Notes: a model not told the origin generated them from the letters alone. A stretch of DNA of 56,571 nucleotides from Candidatus Cloacimonadota bacterium (GCA_027318475.1 DAHVPC010000001.1:1-56571), one strand, 5' to 3'; counted from the first letter of the stretch, positions 8,983-19,757 are shown. Made by a program: numbers and translations.

Positions 8983-11900
8983 ATGATCGATTCCGGTTTT
9001 GTGTCCAAAACAAAACTTCTGCTCATCATCGCGGTGATGATGTTGTTACTGGGCGTTGCGGCGGAGTGCTTTGCCGCTGCCGACTTCGTTTCCACCTATC
9101 AGGACAGAGGGGGTTGGAAACTCAAGGTCAACGGGAATGATTATTTCGTTAAAGGCGTCGTTTGGGGTTACACGCCAGTCGGCGAAAATTACTCCTACAA
9201 CCTCTGGGGTCACAAAGACGAGTTCATCAGGAAAGTGCTGGACTACGAGTGCCGCTTGATGAAACAGGCCGGGATCAACACCATCCGGTCCTTCGGAATA
9301 ATTCCGCCCCGCTGGATCACCTACATGTACCAGGAACACGGAATCATGACGATCGTGAACCACCTCATGGGCAGATACGGCTACAACGTAAACGGAGCCT
9401 GGATTCCCCAGACCAACTTCGCCGACGGTCCCACCCGCGAAACCCTCAAACGGGATATTGTGGCCCTGGTGGAGCAGTACCAGGACGTTCCCGGCGTACT
9501 GATGTTCGCACTGGGCAACGAGAACAACTACGGCCTGGAATGGTCGAGTTTTGAGATCGAGAACCTGCCTGTGGGCGAACGGCATCGCGAGAAGGCGAAA
9601 TACCTGTACACCCTGTTCGACGAGATCATCGCCGCCGCCAAGAAAGTGGATACCAGGCACCCCTTCACCATCGTAAACGGTGATATCCAGTATTTGGACC
9701 TGATCTCTACCCTGTGCACCCACATCGACCTCCTGGGCGTCAATGCCTACCGGGGCATCAGTTTCACGGATATGTGGAAACGGGTGGATAAGGAACTGGA
9801 CCTGCCCATCGTGCTGATGGAATTCGGCAGCGACGCTTTCAATGCCCTGGAAAACCGGGAAGACCAGTCCGGCCAGGCCTATATCGTGAAGGGCAATTGG
9901 GACGAAATCTATAGCAAGAGTTACGGCAAAGGCGCGGAAGGCAACGCTATCGGCGGCTGCCAGTTCGAATGGCGCGACGAATGGTGGAAATACAAGCAGG
10001 AAGAGAACCTCTTCGTGCAGGACAACAACGCTTCCTGGAGCAACGGCGGCTATTCTTTCGATTTCATTGAAGGCCGCAACAACATGAACGAAGAGTGGTT
10101 CGGGATCTGCGCCCTGGGAGGCCCCAACGACGACGGGGTGTTCACGGCGCGTCCCCGTATGGCCTACGACGTGCTGGCCAGGGTATTCCGGATCGATCCC
10201 TATGCCGTGGAAAAGGCGGAACTGAACTCCCAACTAGCCGCGATCGACATGGAATTCCTCAATGTGGCTGCGAACTTGCGCCAGCTGCAGATGGAAAAGA
10301 AGCAGAGCGACGCGATCCGCCTAACAGGCGGCAGTTTGAAGGGCGACCTGGTCTTCAACGGTAAATCTGAGGCTGTGCAAAACACTGGCAAAAACGGCCT
10401 GGATTTCTCGCACGGGGAAATGCTGTTCCTGGATTTTGCCTTCAATCCCCTCAGCAGGCTAAAGGGCAATTTCACCCTCAACGTCCTGGGCAACGTGGTG
10501 GATAAACAACTTGACGAATACTACGGCAAACGCGGCGCCAGCTATGTAACCGTGGCCTCGGAGATTGACGCGGACGGCTTGCAGGTGAATACCACCCGGG
10601 AAGTGAAAGACAACGAGCGCCTGGAGATCTATAGCTTCGACGCCAACTACCACACCCCGGCTTTCGACCTCAACGCCTTTTACCACGTTCCGCGCTATCA
10701 TTGGGGCTACAAGGGGGATTTCTTCGGATTACTGTATGAAGCCACCGATATGGAAGGAATGGATATCTGGAACGCCAAAGCGCCCTACGGGCTGGAGTTT
10801 GTAGGCAACAAGTTCCTACCCGGCCTGACAGTATTGACAGGCCCGGAATTGTATTGGGGCGCCAATCCCAAGGCCATGGTCAAGTACGATTGGGCGAGCA
10901 GGTTTTTTAAAACCACTCTGATCCATTCTGAGGATTTTGCCCGCGCCAAAGCTTCCACCACCGCCACGGAAGCCACTTCGCGGCCCACCCGCCAGACCTC
11001 GTTGGCTCTGGAAACCAAGATCATTCCCCGCACCAAACTCGAGCTCGGCTATCTCTTCGCGGGCAGCGAAAAACTGGAAGAGACCTTCTATTACTACGAG
11101 GACGGCGAAGTTTATACCGACAAGATCGGATTCCTGGATACCCAGGGCGCCAAAGCCAAGATCACTGTGGATGGCCCCAAAGGCAGCAAGATCGACGCCT
11201 CGGTCAATTATGCCGGCCTGGTTGCCGATGCCGGAAATCCACTGCGGGAATTCAACACCACCATACCCTATACTTCCCTGGGCAACAAACTGGAGTTCGA
11301 CGCCGGACTGCTGGTCCCGCTGGGTAATTTCTGGCTGCTGCCCCGGGCCCTGTACCGGGAAAACCTGATCGATTCCAATCCCAGCCTGGAACCTTATGTC
11401 GACGGCGGGGACTTCTTCCCCGGGCTTTCGCCGCGTAACCGCGATAAAGACCCCTTCGCCGTGCTGGATAACCGGCAAGCCCTGGCCGGAGAATTCTTCC
11501 TGACCTACGATCCCACCCCGGCCAGTTACTTCTACGCCTGGGACAGCGACCGCAAGGAAGACGCGGCCTTCGCCTTCAGCGTGGGCGGCAACTTCACCCG
11601 CTATGAAACAGTGACCGATGCCAACCTGTTCTTCTATCGGGAAGGCAACACCAACGCTCCGTTTGGCAGCGGCATGCCAGCCGAAGATGTCTGGCTGGCC
11701 AAGGGACGCTTTATCCTCAATCCCAATCCCGGCCTGAAGATCATCGCCAACCTCGAGGGCGGAAAACAGCAGGCCTCGGGAAATCCCGAAGGCGCTTCGC
11801 CCCAATACCTATCGCTGGCCACGGATTTCGTAGTGGATCGCAAGCACTACATCTCCGCCTATGCCAAGAAAGACGCCTGGGGACCGCTGGACTGGTACCG

Positions 11901-12105
11901 CCAGTTCAACATCACTTTCCCCTATCAGTTCATGCTGGACTACTCGGTGTTGATCGACAACTTCCTCAGCAAGACCAATTCCAGCCGGCTGGGTTTCCGG
12001 TCCCTGTTCAGGACGCTCGACGAGAATTCGCCCAGCAACGAAGGCGTGGATGAGCTGAACGACTACGAATTCCAATCCGGCTTCTATTTCAGCTACGAGT
12101 TTTAA
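8983..12105 (+). CDS. Clan GH-A (GH2-TIM/GH158-like) glycoside hydrolase fused to a predicted outer-membrane beta-barrel
   Basis: Signal peptide. ALGNENNY acid/base and IVLMEFG nucleophile motifs. C-terminal ~600 aa of alternating-polarity beta strands ending FQSGFYFSYEF (terminal Phe, BAM-type signal). Confidence 0.8.
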   Translation: MIDSGFVSKTKLLLIIAVMMLLLGVAAECFAAADFVSTYQDRGGWKLKVNGNDYFVKGVVWGYTPVGENYSYNLWGHKDEFIRKVLDYECRLMKQAGINTIRSFGIIPPRWITYMYQEHGIMTIVNHLMGRYGYNVNGAWIPQTNFADGPTRETLKRDIVALVEQYQDVPGVLMFALGNENNYGLEWSSFEIENLPVGERHREKAKYLYTLFDEIIAAAKKVDTRHPFTIVNGDIQYLDLISTLCTHIDLLGVNAYRGISFTDMWKRVDKELDLPIVLMEFGSDAFNALENREDQSGQAYIVKGNWDEIYSKSYGKGAEGNAIGGCQFEWRDEWWKYKQEENLFVQDNNASWSNGGYSFDFIEGRNNMNEEWFGICALGGPNDDGVFTARPRMAYDVLARVFRIDPYAVEKAELNSQLAAIDMEFLNVAANLRQLQMEKKQSDAIRLTGGSLKGDLVFNGKSEAVQNTGKNGLDFSHGEMLFLDFAFNPLSRLKGNFTLNVLGNVVDKQLDEYYGKRGASYVTVASEIDADGLQVNTTREVKDNERLEIYSFDANYHTPAFDLNAFYHVPRYHWGYKGDFFGLLYEATDMEGMDIWNAKAPYGLEFVGNKFLPGLTVLTGPELYWGANPKAMVKYDWASRFFKTTLIHSEDFARAKASTTATEATSRPTRQTSLALETKIIPRTKLELGYLFAGSEKLEETFYYYEDGEVYTDKIGFLDTQGAKAKITVDGPKGSKIDASVNYAGLVADAGNPLREFNTTIPYTSLGNKLEFDAGLLVPLGNFWLLPRALYRENLIDSNPSLEPYVDGGDFFPGLSPRNRDKDPFAVLDNRQALAGEFFLTYDPTPASYFYAWDSDRKEDAAFAFSVGGNFTRYETVTDANLFFYREGNTNAPFGSGMPAEDVWLAKGRFILNPNPGLKIIANLEGGKQQASGNPEGASPQYLSLATDFVVDRKHYISAYAKKDAWGPLDWYRQFNITFPYQFMLDYSVLIDNFLSKTNSSRLGFRSLFRTLDENSPSNEGVDELNDYEFQSGFYFSYEF

Positions 12106-12117
12106 AAGGAGTAAATC

Positions 12118-12738
12118 GTGAAGATAAAATCGATCCTGATTATCCTGGGCCTGGCACTGATCCTTTTTGCGGGCTGCGACCGCAGGACCGGCGACCTGGT
12201 GGGTGTGCTCGACCTGCCCACAGATTACGTCCTTGACCTGTACGGCGCCAACGAAGGGATCCATCCGGACCAAAGCGTGCTGGACGATCCCGCCAACGCT
12301 TTCGCGGATGCCAATCTGAACATGGAAAACGTCTGGGACCTGAACGACGCGTGCCCCTCCCCCAAAGCGAAGTTCTACCTCTGGGCGTCCATCCTGGCCA
12401 ACATCCCCATCGGCGAATACCAGTATTTCACCGCCAAATCCCTACATGAACTATATACGGCGGGAGGCAGCGCCAACGCCAAAGAACAGGCAAAAAAAGC
12501 CTATCGCGCCACTCTGGACCACTTCTTCGACTCCGTGACCTGGTGGAAGGCGGACTGGATGCAGGACGAGACTTACTACGCCGTTCTGCTGCGGAATCTG
12601 GTGGCGAAAAGCCTCTACGATCCCTCCGAGATGAACCTGCTGCCGCTGTATGCTGATCCCGTGCAAGCCCTGGCTGACCTGAGCGAATGGGGCTACGTGT
12701 ACGACCTTGAAACGGGGACGGTTTCCCGCAGGGACTAG
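12118..12738 (+). CDS. Uncharacterised helical lipoprotein in the glucan locus
   Basis: Lipobox LILFAG-C. SD AAAAGGAG before GTG. Aromatic-rich, TPR-like helices. Confidence 0.8.
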   Translation: MKIKSILIILGLALILFAGCDRRTGDLVGVLDLPTDYVLDLYGANEGIHPDQSVLDDPANAFADANLNMENVWDLNDACPSPKAKFYLWASILANIPIGEYQYFTAKSLHELYTAGGSANAKEQAKKAYRATLDHFFDSVTWWKADWMQDETYYAVLLRNLVAKSLYDPSEMNLLPLYADPVQALADLSEWGYVYDLETGTVSRRD

Positions 12739-12851
12739 AAACCGGTATTGATAAACTGAATTGCACAGCCCGGTTGAAATCCGCTTTCCGCCGGGCTTTG
12801 CACCATGGCGGCGGACTTCCGACAGCTGTTGCCGACCTTAAAGGAAAACCT

Positions 12852-14660
12852 ATGAAACCACCAAAACTTGCGCTTGTCCGAATCTGCCTGCTGCTTCTTG
12901 TCTTGCCTGCCGGCACCTTATCCGCCCAGATTGGAGAACTGATCTGGGAAGAGAATTTCGACAACCTCGATAACTGGATCATCGAAACAGGTAACGGTTC
13001 CTGGGGTTGGGGCAATGGGGAACTGGAATACTACCAGGCCTCCAACGTATCCATAACACCGATTCCCGGCGAACCTGGCAACAATGCCCTCCGCATCACT
13101 GCCCGGCAGGAATCCGGACCCAATATCGTGGACCAGTGGGGCAATCCGCTCTCCTACACATCCGGCAAGATCAACTCCAAGTCCAAGTTCTCGCTCAGAT
13201 ATGGCCTGATCGAAACCCGGGTGCGCGTTCCCAACATCGATCTGGGAGGCTGGCCAGCAGTCTGGATGCTGGGCACGGCGAACTATGCCTGGCCACGCAA
13301 AGGTGAGATAGACCTTATGGAAATGGGCTTCACGGAAGCCTTTCGGGATCTGCACGACGACCACAACGGCGGCAACGGCCAGAACAACTCCACCGTCAAC
13401 CAGATGGTGGGAGCCAACGCCATATTCTATTCCGAGAACGCCGTCAATCCCGGCAATCCCTCTGGAGCGGCCAGCATTTCCTGGGATCCCGACGACGACT
13501 TCTGCCGCCCCTATTATAACTACGATCCTTCGCTGGTGGAAAGGTACCTGATCTACCGCACCTATTGGGACGCCGACAGCCTTCGCTTCACCGTCACCGA
13601 TTACGGCGTCGAACGCGACCTTTACACCCTCCCCTTTGCCATCGACAGCCTGTCCGCGGAATTCCGCCAGCCCTTTTACCTCATCGCCAACCTGGCCATA
13701 GGCGGCGCTTTTACCGATGCCTACAATTTGGGTGATCCGGGCAGCGGACTGCCTGTATCCATGCCCTTTCCCGCGGATATGTACATCGATTATATCAAGG
13801 TGTGGCAATGGAACGGGCAGGGAGAAGCGCATGTGGGACCGCCTGTTTTCGAAAGCGGAACTTATGGTATCTTCACAGATACGACGCCCATCGACAATGG
13901 CCTGGAGCCGGGCGTTGACGCCGAAATCTACGTCTGGGAAGGCACCTTGGCCGCCGGCAACATTCCCCCTTACGAAGGCGACAACGGCATTTCCTGGATC
14001 ACCACAGGCCTGGGCTGGTTCGGCGCCGGCATCATGTCGGTCCAGCCCGTAAACCTGTTCAATTTTGGCGAGGGTTATCTGAAATTCATGATCAAGATCC
14101 CCGCCAATGTCACCTTCAAGATAGGCGTCATCGACTCTTGGGGCAATCAGAACTACGTCAGCTTTCCAGCCGGACAGACCACGTATGGACTGGTTAGGAA
14201 CGGAGAATGGGGGCAGGCTTCCATCCCGGTTTCCGTACTCCGTGGCCTCTATATCGATCTGCGCATGCTGAGCTACGAGTTCGTGATCCTGGAAGAGCAG
14301 GGCGTCCAATGCCAATTTGCCCTGGACGACATCTATTGGGCGGGTGGAAGTTCTGATGGTACAGAGGATGTCGCAGCTCCGCGGCCTTTCGAATTGCGGC
14401 CAAACTATCCCAATCCGTTCAATCCGCTCACCAACATCGCTTTTGAGCTCAAGGAAGCGTCCGATGTCCGTCTGGAGATCTTCAACGTCCAGGGCCGTAA
14501 AGTGAAGACCCTGATCTCCTGGCAGTTGGCTTCCGGCAGCCATTCCGTAGTTTGGGACGGCACCGATTCCGGCAACAAACCGGTCGCCTCGGGAGTCTAT
14601 TTCTACAGGCTGGAAACGGGGAAGGGCGCCGCAATCAAGAAGTGCGTCCTGCTGAAATGA
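12852..14660 (+). CDS. GH16 laminarinase-type endo-beta-1,3-glucanase + CBM-like module + FlgD/T9SS-like CTD
   Basis: WGWGNGELEYY, GWPAVWMLG, WPRKGEIDLME. CTD NYPNPFNP...KKCVLLK. Start ATG 12852 after AAGGA. Confidence 0.9.
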   Translation: MKPPKLALVRICLLLLVLPAGTLSAQIGELIWEENFDNLDNWIIETGNGSWGWGNGELEYYQASNVSITPIPGEPGNNALRITARQESGPNIVDQWGNPLSYTSGKINSKSKFSLRYGLIETRVRVPNIDLGGWPAVWMLGTANYAWPRKGEIDLMEMGFTEAFRDLHDDHNGGNGQNNSTVNQMVGANAIFYSENAVNPGNPSGAASISWDPDDDFCRPYYNYDPSLVERYLIYRTYWDADSLRFTVTDYGVERDLYTLPFAIDSLSAEFRQPFYLIANLAIGGAFTDAYNLGDPGSGLPVSMPFPADMYIDYIKVWQWNGQGEAHVGPPVFESGTYGIFTDTTPIDNGLEPGVDAEIYVWEGTLAAGNIPPYEGDNGISWITTGLGWFGAGIMSVQPVNLFNFGEGYLKFMIKIPANVTFKIGVIDSWGNQNYVSFPAGQTTYGLVRNGEWGQASIPVSVLRGLYIDLRMLSYEFVILEEQGVQCQFALDDIYWAGGSSDGTEDVAAPRPFELRPNYPNPFNPLTNIAFELKEASDVRLEIFNVQGRKVKTLISWQLASGSHSVVWDGTDSGNKPVASGVYFYRLETGKGAAIKKCVLLK

Positions 14661-16450
14661 TGAAGAAGACCGCATCCAAGCGCTGGCTCGCGCTTCTGCC
14701 GCTCCTGCTGCTAGCTCCAGCGCTGATTGCGCAGGCGGTCCCCGTGGAACTTGTTCGCCGCCCGGACAACCAATGGCAGTTGCTGCGGGGAGGCCAGCCA
14801 TATTATGTCATGGGCGCCGGTGGCGCCGGATCCAAAGAATTGTTGGCGGCCTGTGGAGCCAATACTTTCCGAACCTGGGGCGTGGGACCCGATCTTAGCC
14901 AGCAACTCGACGAGGCCCAAGCGCTTGGCCTCACCGTGATTGTAGGCCATTGGCTGGGGCACGAGCGCCACGGATTCGACTACCACGACTCTCTGATGGT
15001 GGCCGAGCAGATGGCACGCGTCCGTAGGGACGTTCTGGCTTACAAGGACCATCCGGCTGTGCTGATCTGGGCTCTCGGCAATGAAATGGAAGGCATCGGC
15101 GAAGCCGACGACCCCGCCCTCTGGACGCACATCCAGCAGCTAGCCGCCATGGTCAAGGAGCTCGATCCCCACCACCTCACCATGACTGTCACTGCTGATA
15201 TCGGCGGTAAAAGGGTGGAATCCGTCCACCAATTCTGTCCGGACATCGACATCCTGGGCGTCAACACTTATGGAGGCCTGCCCTCGCTGCTCCGGCGTTA
15301 CAAAGAATTGGGCGGAACCAAGCCCTATCTCGTTACCGAATTCGGGCCTCCGGGAGTCTGGGAAACCGGCCGGACTTCCTTTGGCGCCCCGCCTGAACTT
15401 ACCAGCACTCAGAAAGCCGCCCTCTACAAGGAATACTTCCTTCAGGGTTGCCTCGCAGCCAGGGGTTTATGCTTGGGCGGCTGCGCTTTTATCTGGGGCA
15501 GCAAACCCGAGGCGACCGCGACCTGGTTTGGCATGCTGCTACCCAACGGCGAAAAACTCGGCGCGGTGGACGCCATGACCGAAGTCTGGAGCGGCAAAGC
15601 CCCTGCCAACCTCTGCCCGCAGATCGCCAGTTTCCACTTACTCGGTCCGGACGTGCTCAGAGCCGGCGATACCCTGCAAGTTGCTCTGGAAGCGTTTGAT
15701 CCCGAAGGCGCGGAACTGAAGGTGGATTGGCAGGTGTGCACCGAAGCGCCGGATTACATGAGTTTTGGCGAAACCTGTTGGCAGCCTCTGGAACTGGGCG
15801 GCGTCATCGTCAATTCTTCTTCCGCCGGCGCGGAACTGGCGATGCCCGGCGCCGGAATCTACCGCTTGTACGTCTATGTTTACGATGGCTCCGGCGGCGC
15901 TGCCACTGCTAACATACCTTTTCAGGTCACTGGCGAACCATCCGTTCTCCGGCTCCAGCTACCCCTGGCAGTATATGCCGATGGCGAATCCCAGCCATGG
16001 GCTCCTTCCGGATGGATGGGCAATTACCAGGCCCTCAGCATGGACGCGGAATCGCGCGTTGCACCGCACAGCGGTGAAACTTGCCTGAAGTTCCACTACC
16101 AGCCTTCGCAAGATTGGGTAGGCGTGGCCTGGCAGGATCCGCCCAATAATTGGGGCGATGATCCCGGCGGCTACGACCTTGGCGGAACCAGGCAACTTTC
16201 TTTCTGGGCGCGCAGCGAGTATGGCGGTGAAGTGGTGGATTTCGGAGCCGGGCTGATTGGCTCGGATTCCCCATATCCGGACACCGTTTTCGCCAAACTC
16301 GAGGATGTGAAGCTCAGCAGCGAGTGGAAGCATTACCGGATCAGCCTCAAAGGCCAGGATCTGAGCCGGGTCCGCACCCCCTTTTACTTCACATTGGCTG
16401 GCCAGGGACGCTCTATCACCCTGTATCTGGACGATATCCGCTTTGAGTAA
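14657..16450 (+). CDS. GH158-like (GH2-TIM) beta-1,3-glucanase with C-terminal CBM-like domain
   Basis: Signal peptide, GANTFRTWG, ALGNEME, PYLVTEFGP. C-terminal module ending LYLDDIRFE, no CTD. ATGA overlap with the upstream stop. Confidence 0.82.
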   Translation: MMKKTASKRWLALLPLLLLAPALIAQAVPVELVRRPDNQWQLLRGGQPYYVMGAGGAGSKELLAACGANTFRTWGVGPDLSQQLDEAQALGLTVIVGHWLGHERHGFDYHDSLMVAEQMARVRRDVLAYKDHPAVLIWALGNEMEGIGEADDPALWTHIQQLAAMVKELDPHHLTMTVTADIGGKRVESVHQFCPDIDILGVNTYGGLPSLLRRYKELGGTKPYLVTEFGPPGVWETGRTSFGAPPELTSTQKAALYKEYFLQGCLAARGLCLGGCAFIWGSKPEATATWFGMLLPNGEKLGAVDAMTEVWSGKAPANLCPQIASFHLLGPDVLRAGDTLQVALEAFDPEGAELKVDWQVCTEAPDYMSFGETCWQPLELGGVIVNSSSAGAELAMPGAGIYRLYVYVYDGSGGAATANIPFQVTGEPSVLRLQLPLAVYADGESQPWAPSGWMGNYQALSMDAESRVAPHSGETCLKFHYQPSQDWVGVAWQDPPNNWGDDPGGYDLGGTRQLSFWARSEYGGEVVDFGAGLIGSDSPYPDTVFAKLEDVKLSSEWKHYRISLKGQDLSRVRTPFYFTLAGQGRSITLYLDDIRFE

Positions 16451-16457
16451 GGATTAA

Positions 16458-18047
16458 GTGTTTCACATGCTAACTCCGCGTCAATTCTTTTTCACGTTAC
16501 TTATGCTAAGCCTTGGTTGTACCGGCGTTTTACAAGCGCGAGGCCAACTGGCCAATCCCAGCTTCGAAATAGCCGGTTCTGGTGGAGCGGTCTTTGGGGG
16601 CTGGGACCAATTCGGCGCGATCGGTTCATCCAACACCGCCTGGCATGGCTCAGTTGCAGCCCGGGTAAGCGGCCAGGACACCGGCGCGGCCTATGAATCC
16701 GGCTTTTGGCAGCAACTGGCTTGCGATCCCGGCGAACAGTGGGACATCAGCGGACGAATACTGATCCCATCCAGTTTTCCTTTATCCGGAGCCAGCACGG
16801 CGCGGATCAAAGTGGAATGGTTTAGCGCCGGGGGTAACTTCATAGATCTGGCGAATTATCCAGTAGCCGATGCCTCCTCAACTGTGGATGAGTATCTTTC
16901 CTTCAACCTGCTATGCGAGCCTGCTCCAACCGGAACCCAGGCAATGCGGCTCGTGCTCGCGGTGCTGCAAAGCCCGGGCGTTCCGGCCTCGGAAGTATGT
17001 TACGACCAGATAACCTGCTACAGCGCCACATCGCCAACCATCGACGACGTGCAATGGAATGACTTTCCCAGCGGCCGGATCCTGCAATTCTCGGATCGTT
17101 CATGGCGCGTCAAGGGATCGGGATTCTACGGCCCGGGACCCAACAATTTCAGCCATCAGCCCCAAAGCGTTTGGGTGGACGACGAAGACCGCCTGCACCT
17201 GACCATCAAGCAGAGCGGCGGAACTTGGTACAGCACGGAAATCACGCTCATCGACACCCTCGGTTACGGCGATTACGTCTTCACCACGCTCGGAGCCCTC
17301 GATCAGTTGGATCCGCGCGCCGTATTGGGTTTGTTCATCTGGCAATACAGCGACGTCTGGGACCCCAACTCCGCCTGGTGGAATCCCTACAACGAGATCG
17401 ACGTCGAATACAGCCGCTGGGGCAATCCAGCCAACGAGATCGGCCAGTTCGTGGTGCAGCCTTGGGATTGGAGCGGCAACATCGTCCGTTTCGGAGCGGC
17501 TTTCGGCGCGCAGCAACTGTCCAGCCACGCCTTCAAATGGCTGCCCGGCAGTGTGGAATTCCGCAGCTGGTTCGGAGGCCCAGCGGACGAAACTCCCGGC
17601 AACCTGATCTTCAGTTGGAACTACTTGGGACCCCATATTCCGCGGCCCGAGCAACCCCGAGTTCACCTGAACCTCTGGTATGTGGGCAGTCCGCCGGCTT
17701 CAGACCAAGAAGCCGTGATCAGCGCCTTCACCTTCGTTCCAGCTGGCGGTGGCACTTCAAGCAACGATCCGGCAGGCGTTTACAGCCCGATCGCGCTCAG
17801 CCAGAACCATCCCAATCCTTTCCGTGACCTCACTTCGATCCGCTTCCAGCTGGATGAGCCGGGAAACGTGCGTTTGGAAGTTTTCGATATCAGAGGCAGG
17901 AAAGTGGCCACCCTGGCCGAGGGAACCAGGCAATCCGGCGAGTACAGCCTGGAATGGGACGCCTGCGGACTTGCCAGCGGGATCTATCTCTGCAGGCTGA
18001 GTTCCGGTTCCACGACCGTCAGCCGCAAACTGCTGCTGGTCAAGTAG
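16458..18047 (+). CDS. CBM4/9-like + GH16-like (ExDxE) glucanase + FlgD/T9SS-like CTD
   Basis: LANPSFE start, catalytic NEIDVEYS, CTD NHPNPFRD...RKLLLVK. Confidence 0.82.
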   Translation: MFHMLTPRQFFFTLLMLSLGCTGVLQARGQLANPSFEIAGSGGAVFGGWDQFGAIGSSNTAWHGSVAARVSGQDTGAAYESGFWQQLACDPGEQWDISGRILIPSSFPLSGASTARIKVEWFSAGGNFIDLANYPVADASSTVDEYLSFNLLCEPAPTGTQAMRLVLAVLQSPGVPASEVCYDQITCYSATSPTIDDVQWNDFPSGRILQFSDRSWRVKGSGFYGPGPNNFSHQPQSVWVDDEDRLHLTIKQSGGTWYSTEITLIDTLGYGDYVFTTLGALDQLDPRAVLGLFIWQYSDVWDPNSAWWNPYNEIDVEYSRWGNPANEIGQFVVQPWDWSGNIVRFGAAFGAQQLSSHAFKWLPGSVEFRSWFGGPADETPGNLIFSWNYLGPHIPRPEQPRVHLNLWYVGSPPASDQEAVISAFTFVPAGGGTSSNDPAGVYSPIALSQNHPNPFRDLTSIRFQLDEPGNVRLEVFDIRGRKVATLAEGTRQSGEYSLEWDACGLASGIYLCRLSSGSTTVSRKLLLVK

Positions 18048-18163
18048 GCCGCGACCTCAAGAATTCGATTGACACATTCCCCCGGCTGGTTTGCCTTGCT
18101 TGCAGGCAGGACTGCTCCATATAGTCCGTTTCCCCAGAATTGAAATTGCAGAGGTTTGAGCAC

Positions 18164-19705
18164 ATGGTAGGCATAGTACGCACCTACACCACAATCGGCA
18201 TCGACGGCCAGCAACTGACCGTGGAGTGCGACGCCAAGGGCGAAGTCTATAACGTCAATATCGTCGGCATGGCCTCGAATGCCGTCAAGGAAAGCAAGGA
18301 CCGCATCTTCGCGGCCCTGCGCAATTCCGGGTTCGACGCCGCGATCCGCCGCTTCACGATCAACCTCGCCCCGGCGGACATCAAGAAAGACAGCGCCGCG
18401 CTCGACCTCCCCATCGCCATTTCTGTGCTGCAGAGCATCAAACAACTGCCCGTGGAATACCTCACCAGGACCGCCCTGATCGGCGAACTCTCGCTGGACG
18501 GCAATCTGCGGCCCGTGAGAGGCGTGCTGCCCATTGCCCTGGCTGCCAAACGCGACGGCCTGGACGCCTTGCTGCTGCCCTATGAGAATGCCGAGGAAGC
18601 CGCCATCATCGAAGGCCTGAAGGTGATCCCCGTCACATCCCTGCGCGAAGCGGTGCAGTATCTGAAAGGCGAAGCCGAGATCAAGCCGGCAACGGTGGAC
18701 AGGGACAAGATCTTCGCGGTGCTGAACGATTTCCCAGTGGACATGCACGACGTCAAAGGCCAGTACCAGGTCAAGCGCGCCCTGGAAGTTTCAGCTGCCG
18801 GTGGCCACAACCTGCTGATGATCGGACCTCCGGGCAGTGGTAAAACCATGCTGGCGCGCCGCGTGCCCACCATCCTGCCCGAACTCTCTTTGGAAGAGGC
18901 TTTGGAGGCCACCAAGATCCATTCCGTGGCCGGCTATGCCAAGGACTTCCGCAACGGGATCCTCACCACGCGGCCTTTCCGCGCGCCGCACCATACGGTG
19001 AGCGATGTCGCCTTGATCGGAGGCGGTGCGTTTCCCCGGCCCGGCGAAGTTTCCCTGGCCCACAGCGGGGTGTTGTTCCTGGACGAACTCCCGGAATTCA
19101 AACGCGGCGTGCTGGAAGTGATGCGCCAGCCTCTGGAAGACGGCATCGTCACCATTTCCCGGGCCGCCACCAGCCTCACTTTTCCCGCGGAATTCATGCT
19201 CATCGCCTCGATGAATCCCTGCCCCTGCGGCTATTTCGGCTCCCACATCCCCAACCACAGCTGCGGGTGCGAATACGGCGCGATCCAGCGTTACCGGGGA
19301 CGTGTTTCGGGTCCGCTGCTTGACCGCATCGACATCCATGTGGAGGTGCCGGCGGTCGGGTATTCCGATCTCGCGTCGCTGCCTTCCGGCGACAAATCCG
19401 CGGATATCCGGGCCCGGGTCAATGCCGCCCGTGCCATCCAACGCGCCCGTTACTCCGGCGACGGCATCTTCTGCAACGCCCAGATGAATTCCAAACTTCT
19501 GCGCAAGTATTGCCAGATGGACCTCGCGAGCCAGGAGCAGATGCAAAACGCCATCGATAAACTGGGTTACTCCGCCCGGGTCTTCGACCGCATCTTGAAA
19601 GTGTCCCGTACCATCGCCGACCTCGAAGGCCTGCCCAACATCACTTCCGACCACATCTCCGAAGCCATCCAATACCGCACCCTGGACCGCAAATACTGGG
19701 GCTGA
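18164..19705 (+). CDS. comM: YifB/ComM Mg-chelatase-like AAA ATPase
   Basis: TINLAPADIKK, GPPGSGKT, RPFRAPHH, PGEVSLAHSGVLFLDELPEF, MNPCPCG, SGPLLDRID. Confidence 0.93.
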   Translation: MVGIVRTYTTIGIDGQQLTVECDAKGEVYNVNIVGMASNAVKESKDRIFAALRNSGFDAAIRRFTINLAPADIKKDSAALDLPIAISVLQSIKQLPVEYLTRTALIGELSLDGNLRPVRGVLPIALAAKRDGLDALLLPYENAEEAAIIEGLKVIPVTSLREAVQYLKGEAEIKPATVDRDKIFAVLNDFPVDMHDVKGQYQVKRALEVSAAGGHNLLMIGPPGSGKTMLARRVPTILPELSLEEALEATKIHSVAGYAKDFRNGILTTRPFRAPHHTVSDVALIGGGAFPRPGEVSLAHSGVLFLDELPEFKRGVLEVMRQPLEDGIVTISRAATSLTFPAEFMLIASMNPCPCGYFGSHIPNHSCGCEYGAIQRYRGRVSGPLLDRIDIHVEVPAVGYSDLASLPSGDKSADIRARVNAARAIQRARYSGDGIFCNAQMNSKLLRKYCQMDLASQEQMQNAIDKLGYSARVFDRILKVSRTIADLEGLPNITSDHISEAIQYRTLDRKYWG

Positions 19706-19757
19706 ACCAGCTGGATTATGTACAGGCTGACTATGTACAGGCGGACATCGCTCTTAG

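Noticed and set aside
12918-14801. Long antisense ORFs (also 35163-37220, 47141-48760, 21038-22504, 9046-10233)
   Set aside because: They are shadow frames opposite well-supported genes in high-GC DNA and carry no motifs.
18164-19705. comM or the tRNA cluster as an integration site
   Set aside because: comM is uninterrupted, and no integrase or duplicated tRNA 3' end was seen in the window.
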